Part shown: positions 19,501 through 29,066 of the stretch, in pieces
How the letters are laid out: each line of letters starts with the position of its first letter
Position numbering within the stretch: the first letter of the stretch is position 1
DNA from: Candidatus Latescibacterota bacterium
GTDB taxonomy: Bacteria; Latescibacterota; CBDEFO01
Direction of reading: 5' to 3'
DNA: 64,000 nt
NCBI GenBank assembly: GCA_965248755.1
Contig: OZ252149.1
Span: forward strand, 3,616,001-3,680,000
Made by a program: the position numbers and the translations under genes
The notes under the pieces: model-generated
Told to the model about the DNA's origin: nothing
Database searches by the model: none
What the model saw: only the letters and a program-made list of their open reading frames with translations

Positions 19501-19753
19501 ATCCGTTTTGGTACCTCTGGTCGCAGCCCTGCATAGCTTTGTAGCGCTGGAATATGTCTTTATATGCCCTTCCCCATGCATGATGCACGCCCATAGGGTT
19601 ATTGGCAGTTATGGGACCGTCCAAAAATGAGAAGCGTTTGTTTCCTCTGTTTTTTTCTCTTAGTTTATTAAACGCATCAGTTTGGCTCCAAAACTTTAAG
19701 ATGCGGCGCTCCATTTTGGGGAAGTCTAATTCGCCTGGAAGTTCTTTGAACAT
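16574..19753 (-). CDS. ileS: Isoleucine--tRNA ligase (type 2-like)
   Basis: DGPITANNPMGVHH; WTTTPWT; GTGIVHIAP; EMHKSKGN; NWYVRRSRRRFW. Confidence 0.96.
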   Translation of the reverse strand: MFKELPGELDFPKMERRILKFWSQTDAFNKLREKNRGNKRFSFLDGPITANNPMGVHHAWGRAYKDIFQRYKAMQGCDQRYQNGFDCQGLWVEVEVEKELGFNSKLDIEKYGIAEFVQKCKERVRKYAAIQTQESVRLGYWMDWDNSYYTMSDENNYSIWHFLKKCHKNGWIYKGTDVMPWCPRCGTALSEHEIVTEGYKEIAHRSPYVKFTLKDRPNEHLLLWTTTPWTLTSNVAAAVHPEMTYVKVQQGDDYYYLARSRLDASIDGDFKVVEEMTGRKLSGLTYSGPFDALPPQKGVEHRVIAWNEVSETEGTGIVHIAPGCGKEDFALSKEEDLEVIAPLDEFGNYIEGFDWLVDKNAQDASEEIIEDLQKRGILYKVEDYTHRYPVCWRCDSELVFRLVDEWFIYMDELRYKIMDVSKKIRWIPDFGLERELDWLKNMHDWCISKKRYWGLALPIYECECGHFDVIGSKEELEERAVGGWEDFEGNSPHRPWVDAVKIECKKCKKKVTRIKDVGNPWLDAGIVAYSTLNYRGDREYWDRWFPADFITESFAGQFRNWFYSLLAMSTVLENREPFRTVLGHAQVRDERSEEMHKSKGNAIWFKDAAEKMGVDIMRWIFSLQNPVINLNFGYSAGDDAKRELLTLWNTVKFFITYANLDKYDPKRESPPVDQRHLLDRWIISKLNLLIFDSVKSMDDYNTASMVRGARDFTDELSNWYVRRSRRRFWKSENDTDKLAAYTTLYECISTLSKILAPVLPFLSEEIYQSAVRFDNGNMPESVHHCEYPRPDESLIEADLMDQMRAAIRVTGLGRSIRNNTQLKIRQPLSEFLIVFKDEATTDGLGNLEGIVKDELNVKEIKILDDPVDLVRYSIKPNFSALGPKYGNLMPKIKSALESVDGSDAVDRLKSGSDIQIEVEGEKITITPEEAEVEISPREGMAVAEDQSFLVALDTRLSDGLISEGFAREFVHKVQNMRKACDFEVSDRIKIKYRSSDKFKSAIANFGDYIKTETLCINLEACDEHGVGSPQEVGAPPCGDSVQKENVNGQDVIISVERIL

Positions 19754-19942
19754 CTGTGGTTCCTCTAAGTAAGTAGACAGTAGTCAGTAGACAGGGGACA
19801 CCTCACCCATTCCTTGAGATTGCTTCGGGGTTTTACCCTTCGCATTGACTAAGGGTCGAAGCCAAGGAACTAAACTACACAAACTGTTATTGCGAGCCTT
19901 TAGCCCAGAGCGAAGCAAAGGGTCTGCGAAGCAATCTCCTAT

Positions 19943-20764
19943 TTAAATTTCCTCTATCACCCTTTTCATCAGCCTTGTGAGCTTTGGCTCAGCTTCGTTT
20001 GCCACCTTTATGATTTCATTGATGTCGGCAGGCCTCAGGGCATCTGGAAGGCATGAGTCCGTGATGATGGAAAATCCGAGCACCCTCATTCCCGAATGGA
20101 CAGCCACGATGTCCTCAGGGACTGTGGACATACCTACAACATCTGCGCCTATGGACCTTAGAAATCTGTATTCTGCGGCGGTCTCCAGATTAGGGCCGGG
20201 GACTGCTACGTAGACGCCCTTCTGGTATTTGATCTTCTCATCTATTGCGATTCTTTCTGATAGACAGATCAGTTCTCTTGAGTAGGGCTCGGACATATCG
20301 GGGAATCTGGGGCCAAGTTCGTCGTCGTTGAGTCCAATAAGGGGGTTGTCGCCCAAGAGATTTATGTGGTCGGCTATGATCATAATATCGCCAACTGAAA
20401 ACTGTGGATTCATCCCGCCGCAGGCGTTGGATACGATGAGTGTCTCTGCACCGAGGGCTTTCATCACCCTTACAGGGAAGGTTATCTGTTTCATCGTATA
20501 GCCTTCGTAGTAGTGGAACCTGCCCTGCATAGCCACGATGCTTTTTCCCGATAGCATTCCGAAGATGAGTCTCCCACTGTGGGTCTCAACCGTTGAGATA
20601 GGGAAGTGAGGTATCTCCTGGTAGGGGATCGCAAGTTCCCGCTCTATCTCATCGGCAAGGGCACCCAGGCCCGTGCCCAAAATTATGCCTACAGAGGGAG
20701 TAGAGTCAGTCTTGGTACGGATTAATTCGAGCGCTTTGTTTATGTGTCTTCTTAAATCTGTCAT
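19943..20764 (-). CDS. punA: Purine-nucleoside phosphorylase
   Basis: GIILGTGLG; QGRFHYYEG; GPNLETAAE; VGMSTVPE. Confidence 0.95.
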   Translation of the reverse strand: MTDLRRHINKALELIRTKTDSTPSVGIILGTGLGALADEIERELAIPYQEIPHFPISTVETHSGRLIFGMLSGKSIVAMQGRFHYYEGYTMKQITFPVRVMKALGAETLIVSNACGGMNPQFSVGDIMIIADHINLLGDNPLIGLNDDELGPRFPDMSEPYSRELICLSERIAIDEKIKYQKGVYVAVPGPNLETAAEYRFLRSIGADVVGMSTVPEDIVAVHSGMRVLGFSIITDSCLPDALRPADINEIIKVANEAEPKLTRLMKRVIEEI

Positions 20765-21098
20765 TTAGTCCTTTTATAAGGAATTGTTTCGAGATTGCAT
20801 CGCAGACCTTTCGCTCTAGGCTAAAGGCTCTGCGCTTCAGCTTGCAATGACATTGTTTGGCTTCGATCTTCAGTCATTCGTAAGAGGCAAAACCTGGGGG
20901 GTCGGAATTGCTGTCTGACGAAGCAATCTCCCTGTCTGCTGGGCAAACACATGGGTTTGCCCCTGCATATGTTACTGTCTACTGGGCGAGGCGCCGTGGG
21001 CGCTTCGCTGGGGAGTGGAGACAGCAAAGCACGAAGTGCCATCGCCCCTACTGTCTTTTGCCTTTCCCTGCCCCCGATTGAATCTATCGGGGGACTGT

Positions 21099-21368
21099 CT
21101 ACTGTTTGCTGTCTACTGGGCGAGGGAACCTCGCCCCTACTATCTCTATAACTTTGTAGCGGCTATTTTGACCCGATACTATGGAGATCTTCGATTTTGG
21201 GATATTCAGTTCTTTGGAAAGCAAGTTTAGGACTTTGCTGTTTGCCTTGCCCTCGCTCGGAGGAGCGGTGACCTTGATTTTCAAAGTTCCGTCTTTGTCC
21301 TTCCCTACTATTTGATCCCTTGAAGAACGGGGCAGAACCGTTACGTTCAGCCTTATTGGGACGGTCAT
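21099..21368 (-). CDS. yggU: DUF167/YggU family protein
   Basis: KVTAPPSEGKAN...IVSGQNSRYK; C-terminus runs into a REP. Confidence 0.88.
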   Translation of the reverse strand: MTVPIRLNVTVLPRSSRDQIVGKDKDGTLKIKVTAPPSEGKANSKVLNLLSKELNIPKSKISIVSGQNSRYKVIEIVGARFPRPVDSKQ

Positions 21369-21952
21369 GTCTCTTCGTCTTGGGTTTCAGTCATGGACAC
21401 TTCGTCCGCAGGTTCGGTGAGAATCTCCATTCCCTGTTCGTCATCGAAGTTAGATTCTAAAAGTTCTAATTGAGCGCTCAGATGGGACTTTAATTTGGCC
21501 GTAAGGGAGTTTCTGTATCGCTTAAGCTCCATAATGTCCCTTTCGAGTTTAGTTTCAATATCCGCGCCTTCTCTTTCGATTTGCCTTACTTTTTTCTCAG
21601 CTTCATCTATCCATTCGTTCCCTTTCTGTTCGGACTTTTTAATAATATCTTGGGCTTCTCCCCGGGCCTCTTTAACTATCAGTTCCGCCTCTTTTTTTGC
21701 GTTCTGCCGCGCCTCTTCTGCCGTAGCTTGAGCCGTAAGCAGGGTGTCTTGAAGGGTCTTTTCCATCTTCCTGTACTCTCCGATGGCCGACTCGAGGACA
21801 TTAGCGCTTTCTTGAAGGGTGGCGTTCTCTTGATTTAGTCTTTCAAACTCGTCTGCGACTATCTCTAAAAAGGCCATAACCTCTTCTCTATCGAACCCGC
21901 GCATGGCCTTTCTAAACTCCTGCTTCCTTATATCCAAAGGAGTAATCTTCAA
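21365..21952 (-). CDS. divIVA: DivIVA domain protein
   Basis: ITPLDIRKQEFRKAMRGFDREEV plus coiled coil; probable TTG start. Confidence 0.88.
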   Translation of the reverse strand: MKITPLDIRKQEFRKAMRGFDREEVMAFLEIVADEFERLNQENATLQESANVLESAIGEYRKMEKTLQDTLLTAQATAEEARQNAKKEAELIVKEARGEAQDIIKKSEQKGNEWIDEAEKKVRQIEREGADIETKLERDIMELKRYRNSLTAKLKSHLSAQLELLESNFDDEQGMEILTEPADEVSMTETQDEET

Positions 21953-22038
21953 GGTCAACACCCCATTTTTATGTAGACAGCATACAGTAGACAGCATACA
22001 GTAGACAGGGGCACTTCATCCCTCCTGTTCACTGTCTA

Positions 22039-22323
22039 CTAAATGTTTATGGATCGCAAGATGAGTTGTATCACATATATAGCGACAATGACGATTATCG
22101 GCGAAAGGTCTATTCCCGTGCTCCACATGAGTCTTGGGAACTGCCGTCTTACAAACGACAGTGTCGGTTCTGTTATGTTGTATAAAAATTGGACTATCGG
22201 GTTATAGGGATCGGGATTCACCCACGAGATAAGGGATCGTATGATTATTATCCAAATATAAAGATGTAAAATACTGTCGATGATCCCAATGAATCCGTAG
22301 AAAAAGCCTCTAAGATCAAACAT
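22039..22323 (-). CDS. yggT: YggT family membrane protein
   Basis: SWVNPDPYNPIVQFLYNITEP...IDLSPI. Confidence 0.93.
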   Translation of the reverse strand: MFDLRGFFYGFIGIIDSILHLYIWIIIIRSLISWVNPDPYNPIVQFLYNITEPTLSFVRRQFPRLMWSTGIDLSPIIVIVAIYVIQLILRSINI

Positions 22324-22518
22324 TTTGTTTTTCTTCCGCTAGTTTCACCTTTTCCATTTGCGGGGAATGGGGGAGGTGCCCTGTCTATGAGATTGTTTCG
22401 GGACCAATTCCCCTAGCAATGACCAAAAGCCGAAAACGGACCGTTTTATTGCAAGGCGCCGTGCCCGCTTTCTTGGGGAGGCAGAAGCCCACAAAATGGG
22501 CTAAGCTATCTCCTCTGG

Positions 22519-23238
22519 CTACGTGTTTAGCTGTCTTGAGCCAAATATCGCAGTTCCTATCCTGACCATATTGGAGCCTTCCTCGATTGCGATTTCAAAA
22601 TCCGCCGTCATTCCCATAGAGAGGAGCTCCATATCTGTGTGGGGGATATGTGCTCTTTGGACTTCTTCTTTTAGTTTCCTCAGGTTCACAAAGCAGGGTC
22701 GCACATCTTCCGGGTTCGGAAGAAACGCCCCCATTGTCATCAATCCTTTTATCTTCAGGTTATCAAATCTGCTTATAGCTCCCAAGAAATCAATGACTTC
22801 CTCAGGTTCGAGTCCGAATTTGGTCTCCTCCCCTGAGGTGTTGACCTGGACCAGGGCAGGGGCGACCACTCCCATAGCTTTTGCTTTATCGTCTATTTCA
22901 TGGGCGAGTCTTATGTTTTCCACCGAGTGTATAAGGTCGAAGATCTGTAGAGCTTTCTTAACCTTGTTTCGCTGGAGGTGTCCCACCAGATGCCAGCTTA
23001 CGGGCGGATTTTCGCCATAACTCTCTTTGCTGATGGCGCTCCGTTTGCTTTCGGCTTCCTGGACCCTGTTTTCGCCTATGATCCCAACTCCGGCCTTTAG
23101 AGCTTCCTCTATTTCCCGTGCCGTCTTTGTTTTGGACACGGCCACAAGCGTGATGTCATCGAACGACCGCCCTGAGCGCCCCGCGGCTTCGGATATCCTG
23201 TCCTGGACTCTCTTTAGATTCTCAGCGATCTCGGGCAT
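22519..23238 (-). CDS. yggS: PLP homeostasis protein
   Basis: LVAVSKT; GENRVQE; HLQRNK; LSMGMTAD; VRIGTAIFG; start MPEIAENL. Confidence 0.95.
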   Translation of the reverse strand: MPEIAENLKRVQDRISEAAGRSGRSFDDITLVAVSKTKTAREIEEALKAGVGIIGENRVQEAESKRSAISKESYGENPPVSWHLVGHLQRNKVKKALQIFDLIHSVENIRLAHEIDDKAKAMGVVAPALVQVNTSGEETKFGLEPEEVIDFLGAISRFDNLKIKGLMTMGAFLPNPEDVRPCFVNLRKLKEEVQRAHIPHTDMELLSMGMTADFEIAIEEGSNMVRIGTAIFGSRQLNT

Positions 23239-23697
23239 AAGTCCATCACCGCCTAAGTGTGGGTAAGATATATAATATACTACAAATTTAGGCTTTTGCA
23301 ACAAAAAAAATGGAGAGGTACTATCCTTATAGAAAATCATGAACTCTACGCTCATAGATAAAGCAAAATCTGATGTTATTCCGAGAAGGGAAAAGACCTT
23401 GCTTTTCGGGTCAGTCGAAATTATATTATACTTGTAGGGGCTATTATAACTGACACAAGCAGTTACGCAGGTCTTATCCCACTCCAAACGCAAAATATGA
23501 GGCGACATTTTGGTGACATTCTTAACATCTAAAGGAGGAAATTGCCCTGAATTGGTAAGAGTTCAAACCGACTGGGTCAAATTGGACAAAAGAGGTGGGC
23601 GTAGCCAAAGAGAATGGAACGCGCCTCTCTTATGACTTATGAATTTTAAGATTGCGCTTCAGACCAAACCCTATAACCAATTAGAAGGAAAGAGACG

Positions 23698-24558
23698 ATG
23701 AAAAGATTGATGCTCAGCGTTCTATGTCTTTCGGCGTTCAATGTATATGCTCCAGATACGCATGCTCAAGAAGAGAACCAACCGGTATATGAGTGGAAAC
23801 ATAGCCTAATCGGGGCGTTGACCTTGACACAGGTTTCGTTTGCCAATTGGACGCAGGGAGGTGAAAACGCCATCGCCTGGACATTCTCTATTGATGGCAA
23901 ATCTGTTGATGACCGTCCCAAGATGAACTGGTCAAACTCCTACAAATTTGCCTTCGGCCAAACCCGGTTAGGGGATCAAGGACTCCGGAAGACCGATGAT
24001 AAGCTTGATCTAGAGACGGTCTTTACACATAAATTAGGCTCCTATGTTAATCCGTACTTCGCAGCGACGCTTAAGACGCAGTTCGCCGAGGGATTTAAGT
24101 ACGACAAAGCTGGGGGAAAGACCGCAGTATCCGAGTTTTTCGACCCGGCGTACGTTACCCAAAGTGCTGGAGCAGGTTACCAGCCCCTGAAGCAGATAAA
24201 GACACGCTTCGGCGTCGCTGTCCGGGAGACCATTACACGCAAATTTAACGTCTATGCCGATGATCCCAAGACAGCCGAAATCGAAAAGATCAAAGTGGAG
24301 ATCGGTCTGGAGTCGGTGATAGATATCGAGTGGAAGCTTCACGAAAGGTTCCTTGTTGTGTCCAAACTCGAGTTATTCTCCAAATTCGAACAACCTATTG
24401 ACGATCTTGTGGTTCGCAATGATAACACTATCTCCCTGAAGATGAGCAAGTATACCACTGTGAATCTCAACGTTCAGCTCATCAACGAGGAGAAATCGAG
24501 CCCGAAAACACAGGTCAAGCAAGCCCTCTCATTCGGATTGAGCTATTCGCTGTTGTAA
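23698..24558 (+). CDS. DUF3078-like outer-membrane beta-barrel protein
   Basis: Signal peptide; QVSFANWTQGGEN; TQFAEGF; C-terminal FGLSYSLL. Confidence 0.8.
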   Translation: MKRLMLSVLCLSAFNVYAPDTHAQEENQPVYEWKHSLIGALTLTQVSFANWTQGGENAIAWTFSIDGKSVDDRPKMNWSNSYKFAFGQTRLGDQGLRKTDDKLDLETVFTHKLGSYVNPYFAATLKTQFAEGFKYDKAGGKTAVSEFFDPAYVTQSAGAGYQPLKQIKTRFGVAVRETITRKFNVYADDPKTAEIEKIKVEIGLESVIDIEWKLHERFLVVSKLELFSKFEQPIDDLVVRNDNTISLKMSKYTTVNLNVQLINEEKSSPKTQVKQALSFGLSYSLL

Positions 24559-24567
24559 CTGCTGACA

Positions 24568-25473
24568 TTGCCAACAGCCTTATCAGGTAAGTTTAAAATA
24601 ATGCAATGTACAATCTTCTTGTTGCTGTTAGTCGCCTTGAATATGCCTGCCTATGCACAGGATCTTTTCGGACCTGCGACCAACTATCCTACCGGGGATA
24701 GTCCCGAATCAGTTTTCATTGCGGATTTAGATGGCGATGGGGATAATGACCTGGCTGTGGCGAATTGGGGATCCTTTGATCCCGACTCAAGAAAATACAT
24801 CAATAGCAGTGTGTCAGTGCTGCTGAATAATGGAGACGGGCAATTTGCACCTAAGATGGACTATGAAACAGGGACCAATCCCCAGTCAGTTTTCATTGCG
24901 GATTTAGATGGCGATGGGGATAATGACCTGGCTGTGGCTAATCGGTTCAGCGATACTGTGTCAGTGCTCTTAAATAATGGAGATGGGCAATTTGCCACTA
25001 AGGTGGACTATCCTGTTGGGATTGATCCGTTTTAAGTTTTTAGCACGGATTTAGATGGCGATGGAGACAATGACTTAGCTGCGGCTAACAGGTTTAGCGC
25101 TAACGTTTCAGTGCTGTTCAATAATGGAGATGGTACATTTGCAGCTCATATGGACTATGCCACTGGGTCTAATCCTACATCAGTTCTCATCACAGATCTA
25201 GATGGCGATGGAGATAATTACTTGGCTGTGACTAATAATCGCAGCAACACTGTGTCAGTGTTGTTGAACCTTTCCCGCCCGGTTGATCTCCCTGGCCTTG
25301 CAGGAGATTTCGACGGGAATAATGAAGTAGATCTCGCTGATTTTGTGCGTTTTCTGGATGTGTTCGGGGCGGCGGCTACTCCAGCTAATTCTATATTCGA
25401 TTTGGATGGTAACGGAGAGATAGGTCTGTCCGACTTTGTGATCTTTCTGGATAACTTTGGCAGGACACAATAG
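24568..25473 (+). pseudogene. FG-GAP/VCBS repeat protein with dockerin-like tail; in-frame TAA at 25033-25035
   Basis: DLDGDGDNDLAVAN repeats continue in frame after the stop; GDFDGNNEVDLADF tail. Confidence 0.8.
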
Positions 25474-25574
25474 TCTTATAGTTGTTAACTGACCAGGGAA
25501 GTTGGTCTTGATGAAATAGGCTTGCTTGGCTTCCGTCTTGAGTCATTGACGAAGATATGCGAGGAGCTTAAGAT

Positions 25575-25796
25575 ATGATCCGAAAGTCTGTTAGCTCAAG
25601 TAACCTACACTCAGTTGGTTATGACCCAGAATCCCAAACTTTGGAAATAGAGTTTAATAACGGAGGCATTTACCAGTATTATTATGTACCAGAATCCGTA
25701 CACAATGAACTGATGTCGGCATCTTCCCATGGTAAGTACTTTCATCGTCATATCAAAAACAAATATCGTTGGACAAGAATTCGAAAGGGGAGATAA
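25575..25796 (+). CDS. KTSC domain protein
   Basis: [10 protein letters not shown]...LEIEF...YQY...SHGKYF. Confidence 0.92.
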   Translation: MIRKSVSSSNLHSVGYDPESQTLEIEFNNGGIYQYYYVPESVHNELMSASSHGKYFHRHIKNKYRWTRIRKGR

Positions 25797-25800
25797 GTAA

Positions 25801-27753
25801 ATGATAATAGAATCAGTCCGTGTTCGAAATTTCCGTTGTATTCGCGATGAAACGTTGCCTTGCGAAGAACTTACAGTGCTGGTTGGCCCAAATGGCTCTG
25901 GGAAATCTTCGTTTCTACAGGCTTTATATTTGTTCTACACACCCGTGGCAAAATACACTGAAGATGACTTCTTTGGTAGAGATACTTCACAGGACATTGT
26001 AATTACAATTACGTTCATTGATTTGACAGAGGATGAAAGGGAGCTTTTCCGGAGATATCTGGAAAGCGGAAAATTAACAGTCGAAAAAGAGATAAATTGG
26101 CCTCAAGCGAAAGGAAACCAAAAATATTACGGAACAAGTTTGAAAAATTCTGAGTTCGATCCTTTTCGATCAGCAAAAGGAGCTATACAACTAAGGCAGG
26201 AATATAATAAACTACGTGAAAACGGATACTCTGATTGGCCCAATTATAAGAATAAGGACGACGCCGAAAAGGTGTTGCAGGAATGGGAGGAATCGCATCC
26301 TGACCAATGCTCACGTCAGCGGGATGAAGGTCAATTCTTCGGATTCAAAGAAGTCGGTGAATGTCATCTCGAGCGTTATACACGATTCATTTTAGTTCCA
26401 GCTGTTCGTGATGCATCTGACGAGGCAGCAGACAGAACAGGAACACTTTTAACAGAGATTATGGACTTGGTTGTACGAAGCGCTCTTGCACAACGAGAGG
26501 AAATAAAGGAATTTCAAGAAGGAGCCCAAAAACGGTACGAAGACATAATGGATCCAGCTAATCTTGCAGAATTGAAAAGAGTTGAGCAGGACCTGAGTGA
26601 TACACTTAAAACGTATGTCCCAGATGCGGGAGTTCAGTTAAAATGGTTAACCCAAAATGTTATTGAAATTCCAATGCCTAAAGCTGATATTAAACTTATA
26701 GAAGATGGATACCCCTCAGCGGTGGAATGCACTGGGCATGGCCTGCAACGTGTTTTTATCCTTACTATGCTTCAGCACCTTGCTACTCTGCAGTTACCTA
26801 TACAGGAAGGCTCGGAATCTTCTCTCAGTATCTCGAGCCTCATTATAGGTATAGAAGAGCCAGAACTTTATCAGCATCCCAATAGGCAGCGTAATCTGTC
26901 TAAAATCCTTCTCGACCTTGCGTCTAAAGATATAAAAGGTGTGGTGGAACGCATACAAATCATCTACACTACACATTCGCCATTATTCGTAGACATTGAC
27001 CGATTCGAGAAGGTGCGCGTACTACGTAAAATGAGTAAAGGGAGTGACAAACCAAAGGATACAGAATTGACCTTTACGAACCTCAGCCAAATTGCAAAAA
27101 TCATTGAAAAAGCGGACGAAAAGCCAGAAGGTACGTACAGTGCTATCACGTTGAAATCTCGCCTTCTAACTCTCATGACCCCTTGGATGAATGAAGGTTT
27201 CTTCGCTGATCTTGCTGTTTTGGTGGAGGGAGAACAGGACCGAGCTGCAATACTCGGGGTAGCTTCAGCACTAGGATCTGACTTGGAGAGTACGGGTATT
27301 TCAGTGATTCCCTGTATGGGTAAAAACAACTTAGATAAGCCAACAGCAATTTTCAGGGAACTTCATATTCCGGTATATGTTATATGGGATAGTGACTGTG
27401 GAAAACCCGGCGCACAATCAGAAGATAATCATAGATTATTAAGACTATTTGGCGAGAAGACTGAAGATTGGCCTGAGAAAGTAACAGAACAGTTTGCTTG
27501 CTTCAAAAAGACTCTTAAAGAGACTTTATGTACTGAAATAGGTGAGAAACTATTTGATGATATTTTAAAGGAAGAGTGTGATCGTTTATGTTTGGACAGG
27601 AGCAAAGACGCATACAAAAACCCTAAGGTTATTCAGAACATTATTTATGAAGCTCGTAAGAAAACGAAATCAAGCGAAACTTTGGAGAAGATAATTTCTA
27701 AGATTGATGACATGAGAAAACGAGGCAATCAAGCAGCTTCTCCAGGGGGATAG
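25801..27753 (+). CDS. OLD-family ATP-dependent endonuclease (ABC-ATPase + TOPRIM)
   Basis: GPNGSGKS; GHGLQR; IEEPELYQHP; TTHSP; LVEGEQD; WDSD. Confidence 0.9.
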   Translation: MIIESVRVRNFRCIRDETLPCEELTVLVGPNGSGKSSFLQALYLFYTPVAKYTEDDFFGRDTSQDIVITITFIDLTEDERELFRRYLESGKLTVEKEINWPQAKGNQKYYGTSLKNSEFDPFRSAKGAIQLRQEYNKLRENGYSDWPNYKNKDDAEKVLQEWEESHPDQCSRQRDEGQFFGFKEVGECHLERYTRFILVPAVRDASDEAADRTGTLLTEIMDLVVRSALAQREEIKEFQEGAQKRYEDIMDPANLAELKRVEQDLSDTLKTYVPDAGVQLKWLTQNVIEIPMPKADIKLIEDGYPSAVECTGHGLQRVFILTMLQHLATLQLPIQEGSESSLSISSLIIGIEEPELYQHPNRQRNLSKILLDLASKDIKGVVERIQIIYTTHSPLFVDIDRFEKVRVLRKMSKGSDKPKDTELTFTNLSQIAKIIEKADEKPEGTYSAITLKSRLLTLMTPWMNEGFFADLAVLVEGEQDRAAILGVASALGSDLESTGISVIPCMGKNNLDKPTAIFRELHIPVYVIWDSDCGKPGAQSEDNHRLLRLFGEKTEDWPEKVTEQFACFKKTLKETLCTEIGEKLFDDILKEECDRLCLDRSKDAYKNPKVIQNIIYEARKKTKSSETLEKIISKIDDMRKRGNQAASPGG

Positions 27754-27791
27754 GGGGGAGGGACTACACATTTTCGAGTGGACTCTGCATT

Positions 27792-28136
27792 ATGCTGGAG
27801 TGCTGCTATAACGTTAGTGGCGAACGGGATAAGGACAAGTACCGCTGGCACGAGCTTGTAAGCCACGATAGACTCAATCGGGGGGATGTTTTCAATCTTG
27901 CGGTAGAGCTACAGTGGAATCAGCGTGTCAAGGATATTACGCCCCTTTGGAGAGGGGAGGAGTACGGCGTAATCAATCTGCAGGATGGGGGCGTCTTTGA
28001 CGGAGTTCAGGCTACATATTCTCTAAAGACCAATCTGGATCTGACCCTCGGAACGCTCCTGTTTGCAACGTCAAACGGAGATAAGTTGGACGCCGCACAT
28101 AAAATCCACTCCGCCCAACTTGCCTGGTATTTTTGA
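27792..28136 (+). CDS. Hypothetical protein or fragment of an outer-membrane protein
   Basis: Beta-strand-like sequence ending LAWYF; contains a palindrome insertion. Confidence 0.35.
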   Translation: MLECCYNVSGERDKDKYRWHELVSHDRLNRGDVFNLAVELQWNQRVKDITPLWRGEEYGVINLQDGGVFDGVQATYSLKTNLDLTLGTLLFATSNGDKLDAAHKIHSAQLAWYF

Positions 28137-28248
28137 TAGCAGATAAGAAACTATCTTGGGCGAGCCGCCGTGTCAGGGAAAGTCAGGTTGACGTAGCGGA
28201 GCACGAAGTGTCCTTGCAAAGACAAAAGTTAAAAGAAGTCCTTCATAT

Positions 28249-28327
28249 GTAGGGGCAGACCCACGTGTCTGTCCCCGATAGATTCAATCGGGGATCTGAT
28301 TGGGCGAACACATGGGTTCGCCCCTAC
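28249..28327. repeat. GTAG-type REP doublet with a nested 21-bp palindrome
   Basis: GTAGGGGCAGACCCACGTGTCTGTCCC ... GGGCGAACACATGGGTTCGCCCCTAC; related REPs near 5241, 7461, 15917, 20941, 21118, 55594. Confidence 0.8.
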
Positions 28328-28509
28328 GGGGCAGTGTCATAAAAGCTCTCTAAAATCGTCATCCTGAGGTGGCTTGGCCGCTTTGCTTGGGCGGCAGCAA
28401 TCCACGAAGTCGGCGAAGCTATCCCATAGACAACAGACAGGGCATATCCCTCCCAGGGCATATGTCTCCTTTCCACATCTGCCGTCCACTCTTTGCAATC
28501 CACTTGTTA

Positions 28510-28974
28510 TCAGCGTAGCTTTTCAAGCTCTGCGACGATCTGGTCGACTGTGATCGTATTGTCCGCAGGGGAGTCCTCTACGTTCTTGAAGGCTATTTTG
28601 CCATCTTTATCTATGAGAAACAACGCCCTCTCGGTGAATCCCTCTGGCTTTGCCACGCCGAACCTCTTGGCTACAGAGAGGTCCATATCCGAAAGGAGGG
28701 GGAACTTTATCCCGCCAAGGTGTTCGCTCCACGCATCATGGGAAAAGAGAGAGTCTCTATTTACGGCGATTACGGCTGTTCCTGTGCCCACCAATCTATC
28801 TAAGGATTCGTTGTAGTCCGGTATCTGCACAGAGCAGACAGGGGAGAAATCCAGCGGATAGAATACTAACATCACGTTTTTCACGCCTTGATAGTCGCTG
28901 AGAGTTATCTCGGTGTCTCCTGTTCCCTTGAGAGTGAAGTCAGGGGCTATATCTCCGATGTTTAATTCTGCCAT
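28510..28974 (-). CDS. Peroxiredoxin (AhpC/TSA family)
   Basis: APDFTL; FYPLDFSPVC; FPLLSD; ERALFLID. Confidence 0.92.
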   Translation of the reverse strand: MAELNIGDIAPDFTLKGTGDTEITLSDYQGVKNVMLVFYPLDFSPVCSVQIPDYNESLDRLVGTGTAVIAVNRDSLFSHDAWSEHLGGIKFPLLSDMDLSVAKRFGVAKPEGFTERALFLIDKDGKIAFKNVEDSPADNTITVDQIVAELEKLR

Positions 28975-29066
28975 ATCTATGTCCTCCGTTCTTGAGTATT
29001 TGACTGTTGAACTGCTGTTTAAGTCCCTGATTTAGGGGGTTTTCTCCGGGCTAAAGCGAAAAAGCC

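Noticed and set aside
22519..23508. Long N-terminal extensions in the ORF track for yggS (also pgm, divIVA, 60468)
   Set aside because: The extensions run through intergenic, terminator or repeat DNA, and downstream starts fit the families better.
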